64,000 nt of DNA. Source: Candidatus Latescibacterota bacterium (lineage in GTDB: Bacteria > Latescibacterota > UBA2968 > GCA-2709665). The notes under the pieces were generated by a model. The model was not told the DNA's origin and made no database searches. It was given only the letters and a program-made list of their open reading frames with translations. Location: NCBI GenBank assembly GCA_965219995.1, contig CBDCOX010000002.1:5280001-5344000 (forward strand), written 5' to 3'. Shown here piece by piece: positions 11,401 through 20,534 of this stretch; within the stretch, counting starts at the first letter, position 1; each line of letters starts with the position of its first letter. Both the position numbers and the translations under genes were made by a program.

Positions 11401-13468
11401 GGTGATTGAGCGCGTGCAGGACACCGGGCGCGAATCGGGATTAAACAAAGCGCTCAGACACATCGCCGCAGAAGCGGAACGGCTTGCCGGGGACTACGCG
11501 GACCTTGGTGCCGACTACGCGGGCGAATTGTTCAACAAGGTCATGGGCAACCAAGCGTCCGATGGAGCTTTCTTCACTCGCCCGGCCGCCGCTTCGCTGC
11601 TGGCCCGACTTGCGCTCGATGCCGCGGCTCCCGACGCGGACTGGACCGATCCCAAAACGTGGGAGAGCAACCGCGTGGTTGATCTGGCGTGCGGGTCGGG
11701 AACGTTGCTTGCCGCGTCGCTGACCGAAATGAAGCGTCGGGCGCGGCAGGGCGGGGCCGGGAAAATCCAACTCGCGGAACTGCAAAAGCTGGCGGTGGAG
11801 AGAACCATCATCGGGCTGGACTTCAATCCCGTCTCGCTACAACTAGCCGCCGCCCAACTTACGGCGGGCAACGCCGACGTGACCTACCGGAGCATGGGCC
11901 TGTACCAAATGCCCTACGGGTCGGAGGGCAACAAAGGGGGCGTGCGGGCAGGGTCGCTTGAGTTGCTTGGGCAGCGCAGGGTCATCGGTAAGGGTGAACT
12001 GGACCTGGGAGAGCAGGATGTTGGCTCAGAGCGATTGCGAATGGCTCAGGACGATCCGACTCTTGAAGACGCAGTCGATGCCGTATTGGGGGCGCGCGTG
12101 GTGACTATGAACCCGCCGTTCACGAACAGGTCCAAGATGGGGGAGAAGTTCTCGGAGGGGATCAGGAGGCGCTTGAGAGAGAGGGTCGATGGGCTGGAAA
12201 GTGCCTTGGTCCGAAACGACCCTGAGCTGGAAGGATTCGTGAGCAAAACGTCGATAGGGCCACTGTTCGAGGCGCTTGCCGAGAAGTGCGCGGATACCGC
12301 CAATGGCGTCGTAGCGATGGTGCGACCCACGGTTGTGCTTGCAGGGCCCGCGTCCCTACATATGCGCCATATCTTCGCAAAGCGATTCCACATTCACACG
12401 ATTCTCACCGGCCATCAACCGGACGACATCAACCTGAGCCAAAAGACGAACATCAACGAGAGTCTGATCGTCGCCCGACGACTTGAGCCAGACGACGGGG
12501 CCAAGCCCGCCACACGAATCATCAGTTTGGACAGGATCCCGCTCGACGATCAGGCGGTGGCAGAACTGCATGACAGCCTGGTCCGATGCGAGACGGGGCT
12601 GCTGCCCGATGGCTGGGGTGAGGTCTCCGAGTGGCCGGTTGAGCGCATCGAGGCAGGCGACTGGACCGCAGGGGTGTTTCGGGCGCCGCGTTTGGCGGAG
12701 GCTGCCTTCGATCTCGCCACTCACAAGTCACTCCTTCGGATGGAAGATCAGGACATGGTCCCATCCGCCGTGTTGAGCGGGGGAGCGCAGCTACGCGAAT
12801 TCGGCGAGGCACAAGCCAATGCACCGGGTGGATTTTCGGTCTTGTACTCCAAAGCTGAAGACATCCAGCGCACCATTCGGGGTGTGCCAGACCAACGTTG
12901 GGCACCCAAGAGGTCTGTCCCGAGACGCGAATGGGTAGAAGTTGCCGGTATCGATGGACGGCAGCATCCAGACACCGCCCGTAGGATCGTGAACCAAACC
13001 GCCCACCTGCTGGTCACGGCCGGGCAGCGCACCAACACAGCCCGCCTGACAGCTGTGGCACAGGAGGAGCAATGTGTGGGCGTAGGTTGGCTACCCGTGC
13101 CGGGCGTCACGTTGGAGAAGGCGAAAGCCGCAGCCGTCTTCCTCAACTCGACCGCCGGGCGGCTGCAACTGCTGCGCATACCCGGAAGGACGCTGGCATT
13201 TCCACAGTACAGGCCCGCGGGACTGAAAACGATGCGCCTGCCCGATCTCTCCGACGGCGACCTCGTTGACGCGCTGGCTCGCTGCTGGGAGGCCACCGCG
13301 GAGACGGAAGTGCCGCAGTACCGCGATGGCGAGTGCGAAGTGCGGCGCATTTGGGACGATGCTGTGGCCGATGCATTGGGATGGGACAAGGATTGGCTTG
13401 CCGGACTTCGGCATCTGCTTCACCAGGAGCCTCATGTCAGGGGCCTCGGGTACGGCCAATTCGGATAA
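8474..13468 (+). pseudogene. Type ISP-like single-chain restriction-modification enzyme (Mrr-like nuclease, SF2 helicase, N6-adenine MTase) with one in-frame TAA at 10340-10342
   Basis: GIDVVA..AIQCK; GTGKS, DEAH, TAT, QAVGRVMR; GAFFT, DLACGSG, NPPF. ORFs 8474-10342 and 10373-13468 share a frame and read MG*ILCPIVIP across the stop. Confidence 0.85.
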
Positions 13469-13605
13469 GAGCCGGGAGGGAGATCGCCTTCCACTTTCGG
13501 TCCCAACTCCATGATGGCGAGAACAAACCCTCGTGGAGCGCGGCACGCGCCACTCCAGACCGGGGCGGCGAGATGATCGTGGTGCCGCAGTTTCAGGGGG
13601 ATGAC

Positions 13606-14091
13606 ATGGCTATCGCCGACTTACAGCACGATGTCTACGGGGAGGCGTTGGGGATCATGGTCGGCCGGTGCGAGCAGTCCGCGAGAACGGCGATCACCAT
13701 CCTCGGCGGGGACTTGACGCACCCGAAATGGGAGGGTGTCGAGCGTTTCGACCATCGCACGCTGCAGTTCGCCCACGATCTCCTCGCGGCGGTTTGGCGC
13801 TACGAAACGAGTCCGCCGCAGAAACGCCTGCCGATCTCGGAAGCTCCTTCGAAACCCGAGTTGGAGGCGGGCACTCCCGAAAGGCGATGGCTCAAACGGC
13901 TTGACTCGGAAGTTGCCTCGTGGGTGCGTGCGGAAGCAGGCCATGAAGGCCCCCACATGATCCAACTTGTGCTGCGCATCCTCGCCCATCAGAACGAGCC
14001 CGCAGGGTACGAGGCGGAGACTCGGTTGGCGGAACTGATCTACAGCCGCTTCCGGCACATCTATTGGGACGACGCCGACTTTCGCGAATAG
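13606..14091 (+). CDS. Hypothetical protein
   Basis: ATG after GGGGA; 161 aa; co-oriented downstream of the RM gene. Confidence 0.55.
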   Translation: MAIADLQHDVYGEALGIMVGRCEQSARTAITILGGDLTHPKWEGVERFDHRTLQFAHDLLAAVWRYETSPPQKRLPISEAPSKPELEAGTPERRWLKRLDSEVASWVRAEAGHEGPHMIQLVLRILAHQNEPAGYEAETRLAELIYSRFRHIYWDDADFRE

Positions 14092-14343
14092 GCGGCATTG
14101 GCGCTTCTCAGCAGTGCCACATCGCGGGAAACGCCGCCAGTACGGAGGGGCAGGATACGCGTGACCATGCGCCGTCCAGCGCCGCGTTGCGGTTCTTGGG
14201 CTGGCCCAAGCGGCGACGGGGACGCATCCAATCCGAAAGCAGTCGCCCGCGCCATGCGCCTTTGGACGGCCAAACGCCCCCCTCGGTCGCCCTCGGTGCC
14301 GCATTTCTACTTTGCGTTGACACTTAAAGCCACGTGGTAGCGT

Positions 14344-15955
14344 TGTCCAATGAGAACATGAGGGTGAAGCGCCCGAACGGCTAGTTCGAGCGAGCGGGGA
14401 TGCCTCATGTGTTGTTCGGCGATGTTGGAGGGGACGTTGCGGGTGGTCAAGCCACCGGTGCAGCGGAGTTCTCGGGCCGCGTAAGGGACGTGTCTCGAAG
14501 GTAGGCAGTCGCCTGCGTAGAACAGCCGTTCGAACCGTGCCTGGAGCGGCCCGAGGGCGGAGCGGCTGGGGTGAGCGGTTGGCACCGATCCCGGTGGTCA
14601 GCCGAGCATCTGTTGCCGCCCTGCGCCGCGCATGGCGGCGATGCGCTGGAACAGTTCGCGCTGCTCGGCGCAGACACGCTGGGCGGCTTCGAAGTCGGTC
14701 TCTGCAGTGGCCACGGCATCGAGCAGGGCGAAGCTGACGCCGGGCTTGAGATAGTCCTCGGCGCCGTCGAGTGAACGCAGCTTGGCGTATGGGGTCATGA
14801 CGTCCGCGGCCAGGTACTTGCGCTTGACCTTGCCGTCGGCACGGTACTCGGTGGCGAACAGGCACGGCCGATGGAAGTTCAGGAATGGCGACAGGGTGGC
14901 CTGCGCGAAGCGGTTGACGTCGTCGGCGTAGCGCTGCGGGATGTGCTCGTGGCCGAACCACTTGCGTACCACGTGGGCGTTCTTGCCTTCGACCAGGGCG
15001 TTGTCATTGCTGTGCCGCGGCCGCGACTTGGTGAACGTGCCGATGTGCAGGTTGTTCAGCAACTTGACGACGCGATGGTTGATGTACTCGCTGCCGTTGT
15101 CGGCGTGGAAGCCGTGCAGGACGAACGGGAAGGAGCGCGGCAGCCCTTCCAGCAGGGGCAGTAGCCAGCGCTCCGAGATGCCGCACACGGCACCGATGAA
15201 CTCGAACTGGGTGATCTGATCGACGAGGTTGACCAGGTACAGGCCCTTGCGGCCGTCGCGGTCACCCTGATGCACGGTGTCCACCCGCACGTGGCCTGGC
15301 TGGCCGTTGGGCTGCGGCGCCTGGCGCAGCGCGATGTTGACGATCGGTCCCTGCGTCTTCGACCACACGTTGCGCTTGGTGACGTAGGTACGCGATGCGC
15401 GCAGGTTGTAGACGTGGCCGTTGGAGATCGTCGCCAACCGCGCGAAGCGCGCATCGTCGAAGATCTCGTACTGTCGCCGCAGCACCTCCCGTGTCGCCAG
15501 GCCGGACATCTGCCCGAAGGCCGCGTCGATGTCCGCCAGCAGGCGGATATCCTGCACCGTGTAGCGGCGCGCGAACGGGCGACCGCGGTTGCCGCCGCGA
15601 CGGTCACGGATCGTGCCGCTGGCGCGCCACTGCCGTACCAGCCGCTCGAGTTGCTGGCGCGAGAAGCCCGTCACGGTGAGCAGGAAGCGCAGCACCACGC
15701 CCTTGTCGGCTTTGCCCAGCCCCCGGTAGCCAAATCGCGTGAGGATCTCGCCGATGAAGGCGTAGGCCCGCTCCCGGTCCTCGGGTTGGAAGGTCACAGT
15801 CTCGTTGCCTTCGGTGAAGGCGTGGAGCTGCTCGATCGTGCGTAGCCGCCGCGTCTGAAGGTCCACAAGCATCCCTCCATGATGCGTGTGGCATCCCTTC
15901 ACCCTCACTTCGCGTTGGAATCGACTCCAGCTTCACCCTCATGTCGCGTTGGACA
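14344..15955 (-). mobile_element. Insertion sequence, IS481/IS1202(ISNCY)-like, TGT...ACA ends
   Basis: Imperfect terminal IRs tgtccaatgagaacatgagggtgaagc (14344) and gcttcaccctcatgtcgcgttggaca (ends 15955); extra subterminal copy at 15897-15919; no target duplication seen. Confidence 0.8.
14598..15872 (-). CDS. DDE transposase (rve integrase core)
   Basis: DTVHQGD, HADNGSEYIN, SRPRHSNDNALVEGKN; GGAGG RBS. Confidence 0.9.
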   Translation of the reverse strand: MLVDLQTRRLRTIEQLHAFTEGNETVTFQPEDRERAYAFIGEILTRFGYRGLGKADKGVVLRFLLTVTGFSRQQLERLVRQWRASGTIRDRRGGNRGRPFARRYTVQDIRLLADIDAAFGQMSGLATREVLRRQYEIFDDARFARLATISNGHVYNLRASRTYVTKRNVWSKTQGPIVNIALRQAPQPNGQPGHVRVDTVHQGDRDGRKGLYLVNLVDQITQFEFIGAVCGISERWLLPLLEGLPRSFPFVLHGFHADNGSEYINHRVVKLLNNLHIGTFTKSRPRHSNDNALVEGKNAHVVRKWFGHEHIPQRYADDVNRFAQATLSPFLNFHRPCLFATEYRADGKVKRKYLAADVMTPYAKLRSLDGAEDYLKPGVSFALLDAVATAETDFEAAQRVCAEQRELFQRIAAMRGAGRQQMLG

Positions 15956-15985
15956 GTTCGGTGCACGACAATTTTGTGGTGTGCG

Positions 15986-17345
15986 TCAGCGGTTGGCGTT
16001 GGCGGCCTGCCATGTTCCGAGGTGGCTGAAGCGGTTGCTACGGATGGCGCATCGCAGGGCGATGATGGCGTTGGCGCCGTTGACGGTCCAATGCATACCG
16101 CCGCGCTTGAGGCGGTTGCCGATGACGGACTTGCAGGCGCCTTCGACGACGCCGGTGGTGACGCACAGGCCGCGGGCACGGAATGTCGGATAGTCCATGC
16201 GCTTGCGGTTGATGGCGAAGTAGTCGAGTTCGCGACGCACGAGGTCGTTGCCGTCGGCGTGTTGGCGCAGGGCCTCGAGCACCGGCGCGGCGCCGTGCCG
16301 ATCGAGTTCGTCGCGTCGCGCCTTGCCCCACTGGCGGGCGAGGTCGTTGTCGGACTGGTAGATGGCGCGCGCGGCCTCGAACAGGTGCTCCTTGGCATGG
16401 AATAGGTCGACGATCTGTACCGCCCCCGGCAGGTGTTCGTCGGCGAAGTTCCAGATCCAGGCCGCCCCGTCGCCGACTACGACGCGCCGTTCGGCGCGCT
16501 GCACGCCGCGGCGTTCCAGTTCGCGCAACACGCGCGCCGCGAACGGCGACGGCTCGCGATCCGTGTCGCGGGCGGCGATGCTCTCGACGGCGGCGTTGCA
16601 CGACACCGAGTCGAGGTCGCGGCGCGGCATGCCCGCCCGGTCGCGTCCCTCGGCCGACCACACCGTGACCAGCTTCACTTCGCGCGTCTTGGCCGAACCG
16701 TCCGCCTGCTTGCCGGCGCGTCCCACCGTCTCGGCCGGGCGCACCGGGATGCCGGTGCCGTCCAGGCCCACGTACAACGTCCGCGCCGCCGACGGTTCCG
16801 GCGCGCCCCGTTCGGCTTCGGCCGCCGCCAGCTGCCGACCCAACGCCTCCGCCAGGCGCTCCACCTGCTTGGCTTCCAGCGCCACCCCCGCCAGTTCGTC
16901 GAGCAGTTTCCCGGCACACGCGAAGCTGGTCTCCGACGCCGCCAGCCCCACCATGCGCCGCACCGCCGGCGACAGCGGGCCGTCGCCGAAGCCCAACGCC
17001 CGATCCCGCGGACTGAAGCCCCGCTGGCACCGCGGGCAGTGATACCAGGCGCGCGTCAGCGTCAGCGCCCCGAACACCGTCGTGAAGGTCTTCGCGCGCC
17101 GATCCACGTAGCACGCCTGACCACCGCAGTCGCATGCCATCGCCGCGCGCGCGTCGCTGCGGTCGGCATTCAGACGCTGCGCCACCAGCCGACCCATCAC
17201 GCCCAACGCCGCCGCCCGCGCCGCCCGCTCCAGCGTCGCGAAGTCGCTCGCGCCGAACGCCCCTTCGCCGAACAGAGCCGCCGCCTCCGCCGCAAGCGCG
17301 GTCAGCGCCGCGTCCGCGAACGTGTCTTGCGAAGCCCCCTTTTTG
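15986..17345 (-). CDS. ISKra4 transposase (downstream frame, probably reached by -1 frameshift)
   Basis: CDCG and CPRC motifs, VGLDGTGIP, VVGDGAAWIW, VDLFHAKEHL, GVVEGACK; frame open back to CCCAAAAAGGGGG at 17335-17347. Confidence 0.85.
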
Positions 17346-17703
17346 GGTCCCGCCGCCCGTCCCGATCCGCCCGCGAACGCGCCGCCGCCAACGCCTCGCT
17401 AGCCTCCAGGAACTCCGCCGACACCTCCCGAAAGCGCCGGTACTCGGCCATCCACCCGCGGGTCTCGTCCAACGCCTCCGCGCGCACTCGCACCGAGCGC
17501 TTCTTGCCGCCGATCGAGCGCGTCAGCACGTAGCTCGGCCCATGCCCCGGATCGCCTTCGACGGCGCAGTGACAGTTCGGCTTGCCGCACTTGCGGTAGT
17601 TCGTCGCCAGCGTGCCCGGACGCAAGTCTCCGAGCGTCGCAAACTGTGCCTGCGCGCGGTCGCGCCGTGCCTCGAGTTCGACGAGATCGTCGGTCGCCGC
17701 CAT
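17302..17703 (-). CDS. DUF6788-like IS accessory protein
   Basis: RPGTL..YRKCGKPNCHCA..GHGP. Confidence 0.8.
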   Translation of the reverse strand: MAATDDLVELEARRDRAQAQFATLGDLRPGTLATNYRKCGKPNCHCAVEGDPGHGPSYVLTRSIGGKKRSVRVRAEALDETRGWMAEYRRFREVSAEFLEASEALAAARSRADRDGRRDPKRGLRKTRSRTRR

Positions 17704-17887
17704 GGGTTGCCCTCGCTAACTGGTATTCCTAAAGGTTACCAGACAGCCGCCGCGAAGCCCCGCCCCAACACCGCACACCACCCCTTCCGCCACAAAAATG
17801 TCGTACACCCTGGACAGTTCGGTGGTTTGCGCCCACCCAGCGCTTCCGGCATGATCTACCAAAGTACGCTTGGCACAAACACGCTCC

Positions 17888-18913
17888 ATGTCGGCAGACA
17901 TCCCACTGGAACAAGCAATCTCGGATTTCCTCGCCGACGAGTCCACCGTCCGCATGATGGTGGCCGCGTCCGAAGCGGGGCGTCCAGCCGTCGAGGCAAT
18001 CGACGCGGATCTGCTCCGCCAGTTCGGCGAGCGCGTCCGCCCGAACCCAGTCAAGCAACAGGTCGGCCGCCTTGTCCGCCCCATCATGGAGTCGCATGGC
18101 TTCCAGCCGTACAAGCGCCATCGACAGACCAAATCCACGCTGTTCACCGCCGGTACGGTGTATCGACGCCAACCCGAGCCGATCGTCGCGGTCCTCGCGC
18201 GCCATGGACTTCACGTCCCGGTCGACACCGTACGCCGCGAAGTATGCGAAGCTGCTCGAAATGTCGTAGGCGAACCGCCGTTCGTTCGTCGACCCGGCGT
18301 CGACTGGTCACGGCTGCTAGGCTCCTCGCCCGCCCCGAGCGATCTGCAACACGTCCTGCTCGCCTTCTCAACCGCTTTGGATCACGAACTCGGCGAGCAG
18401 GCTCGCAGACGCCTCGATGCCCTGCCTGATCACCAGCTCACGAGCACACAACGCGATCGCCTCGGCCTCACCCACCTCCATCGCAAAAGCCAGAACGGAT
18501 GCCTGCCGTCCACCGTCCGATCGGCCCTGACGTTCGGCGCTCTCTGCGCCACGGGATTCACGCTCCCCGAGACTGCGCGACTCCTGCGCTCCGACGACCG
18601 GGCAGTCTCCAATCTGGTCAAGAAAGGGCGCCTCTATGTCGCCCTCCCGAGGCCCGGGATCCCCACGCGACTCCCGCTGTTCCAGTTCCACTCCGACGGC
18701 CTCGTGCCGAACGTGGAGCACGTCCTTCCGCGCATCGACGCCGCTATCCACCCGCTCGGCGTCTTCAACTGGTTCACCAGCCCGAATCCCGACCTCGCTC
18801 TCAAGGAAAGCGACTTCGAACCCACCTCGCCCCGCGATTGGCTGTTGCGTCGCCACTCGTCGAAACCGGTCAGCCGACTCGCGGCCTCCGTCGCCGTCGC
18901 CGCGCCTGCCTGA
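17888..18913 (+). CDS. Putative antitoxin of the RES toxin, with long N-terminal extension
   Basis: C-terminal ETARLL..VSNL..LY..LPLFQF..WFTSPNPDL..SPRDWL; ends 3 bp before the RES gene. Confidence 0.7.
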   Translation: MSADIPLEQAISDFLADESTVRMMVAASEAGRPAVEAIDADLLRQFGERVRPNPVKQQVGRLVRPIMESHGFQPYKRHRQTKSTLFTAGTVYRRQPEPIVAVLARHGLHVPVDTVRREVCEAARNVVGEPPFVRRPGVDWSRLLGSSPAPSDLQHVLLAFSTALDHELGEQARRRLDALPDHQLTSTQRDRLGLTHLHRKSQNGCLPSTVRSALTFGALCATGFTLPETARLLRSDDRAVSNLVKKGRLYVALPRPGIPTRLPLFQFHSDGLVPNVEHVLPRIDAAIHPLGVFNWFTSPNPDLALKESDFEPTSPRDWLLRRHSSKPVSRLAASVAVAAPA

Positions 18914-18916
18914 ACT

Positions 18917-19543
18917 TTGGCCGAACGGCTCCCGGCGCCCCCGCCGCGCCTCCGCGACTTTGCGCCCCGCGACGGCGAGGTATTCGTTCTTCGCGCAAAT
19001 GCCCCGGTCTGGCGGCTCTATCGCAGTCTGCCGCACGACACGATCTGGTCCACGTTCCGTCAAGCCGGCCCGAGCTTCGATGCCCGCTTCGACCATCACT
19101 CCTCCCGCCGTGCCTCCAGACGCTCGATCCTGTACGCCGCCGACCACCTCGTAACCTGCCTGGCCGAAGCCTTCCAGCAAACCCGCGTCATCGATCCTTT
19201 CACCGATGCGCCCCGGCTGGCCGAAATCGCATTCGTTTCCGACCTCCGTCTCCTCGACCTGACCGGCCCGTGGATCACGCGCGCCGGCGGCAACATGGCC
19301 ATCAACTCCGGCCCGCGCGCAACGGCACGCCGTTGGTCCCGCGCGATCTACGACGCGTTCCCCGGCATCGACGGGCTACGCTACGGTTCCAGCATGCATG
19401 CGAATCAACCCTGCTACGCCCTTTACGACCGTGCCGAACCCTCGCTCGACTCTACCTCATTGTTCGACGAACGCCTGAGCCACCCCGAACTCGAAATCCT
19501 CCTCGACGAGGCGGCGCGAATCCTCGGCTACAAACTCAGCTAG
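18917..19543 (+). CDS. RES domain toxin (NAD+ phosphorylase family)
   Basis: ARFDHH, ILYAA..CLAEAF, LRLLDL, DGLRYGSSM, ALYDRA. Confidence 0.88.
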   Translation: MAERLPAPPPRLRDFAPRDGEVFVLRANAPVWRLYRSLPHDTIWSTFRQAGPSFDARFDHHSSRRASRRSILYAADHLVTCLAEAFQQTRVIDPFTDAPRLAEIAFVSDLRLLDLTGPWITRAGGNMAINSGPRATARRWSRAIYDAFPGIDGLRYGSSMHANQPCYALYDRAEPSLDSTSLFDERLSHPELEILLDEAARILGYKLS

Positions 19544-19931
19544 AGCAACCCAGCGGCAGCCCTCCAACCGTTCTTCGTCATCTCCGACAGCTTGTGAACC
19601 GTCCTGACAGTTGCGCACGGTTGCTCCCCGCCCCTGCCGGGCCGCCGTGCATGACCTCGAGACGCCGCACCGCCACGAGACGCTGGAGGAGGAGGGCCCG
19701 GCGATACGACCACGATCATGGCGTACTACGGGCGCAGGGCGCCGGCGCGGTAGTGTCGGGCCGTAGCCGCCGGCGGCACCCCCGACCGCCCGATATCAGG
19801 CCCGAATCGATCCGAGGCTCAGTTTTCCGGGTTTGTACGGCCACGCCCCGACGCGGACGATTCTAGTCCATTCGCCGCCGGGGGACGTGGCCCAGCCTGG
19901 TGGTCGCTCGTGGCCGCGGATGGGAACCCCC

Positions 19932-20411
19932 CTACAACTGCGTCTCGATCGGCAGCTCCGTGCTGTTCTTGATCTCCGTCACCGCGATGTGCGAGTGCAG
20001 TTCGCCGATGAAGGGGTTGCTCAGGAGCGTATTGCGCGCGAACGACTCGTAGTGGGCGATGTCGCGCGTCACGATCTTCAGGACGTAGTCCCAGATGCCT
20101 GCCATGGTGTAGCACTCCACCACTTCCGGGTGCCGGGCGATGGCGGTCTCGAACTCCTCCAGCCTGCGGCGCCCGTTGCTGGTCAGGTTGACCGTGGCGA
20201 ACACCACCACTTCCATCCCGAGCGCTCGGCGGTCGAGCAGCGCCACCCGCTTGCGGATGTATCCCGCCTGTTCGATGCGGTTGATGCGGCGCCAGCAGGG
20301 CGACTGGGAGAGATTGAGCCGCTCCGCGATGGCCCCGGTGGTCAGGTTCGCGTCGTTTTGCAGCAGGCGCAGGATTTCGACATCCGTTTTGCCCAGTTGT
20401 TGAGGCATCAC
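19932..20411 (-). CDS. Lrp/AsnC family transcriptional regulator
   Basis: LSQSPCWRRINRIE HTH; ECYTMAGIWDY; divergent from IOR across an AT-rich spacer. Confidence 0.95.
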   Translation of the reverse strand: MMPQQLGKTDVEILRLLQNDANLTTGAIAERLNLSQSPCWRRINRIEQAGYIRKRVALLDRRALGMEVVVFATVNLTSNGRRRLEEFETAIARHPEVVECYTMAGIWDYVLKIVTRDIAHYESFARNTLLSNPFIGELHSHIAVTEIKNSTELPIETQL

Positions 20412-20534
20412 ATTCCCCAGTTGCGCTATCCGACGAATAATCTATGCGCCAATAGGAGAAATGTATAGCTAATCCGAATAGAAATCCGCGCTGCTGGGAG
20501 TAACATGGTCCTCGACAAGGTCCCGCGAGATCAG

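Larger units (their letters stand above)
15959..17810 (-). mobile_element. ISKra4-family insertion sequence
   Basis: 21-bp IRs cggtgcacgacaattttgtgg (15959) and ccacaaaaatgtcgtacaccc (17790-17810); 9-bp direct repeat TGGACAGTT at 15950-15958 and 17811-17819. Confidence 0.85.

Noticed and set aside
14300-14343. XerCD dif-like target beside the IS1202-like element
   Set aside because: No recognisable XerC/XerD arms at either flank
19543-19625. Inverted repeat gagcaacc...ggttgctc after the RES stop as an integron attC
   Set aside because: Does not fit RYYYAAC/GTTRRRY, has no inner boxes, occurs once, and no integron integrase is present
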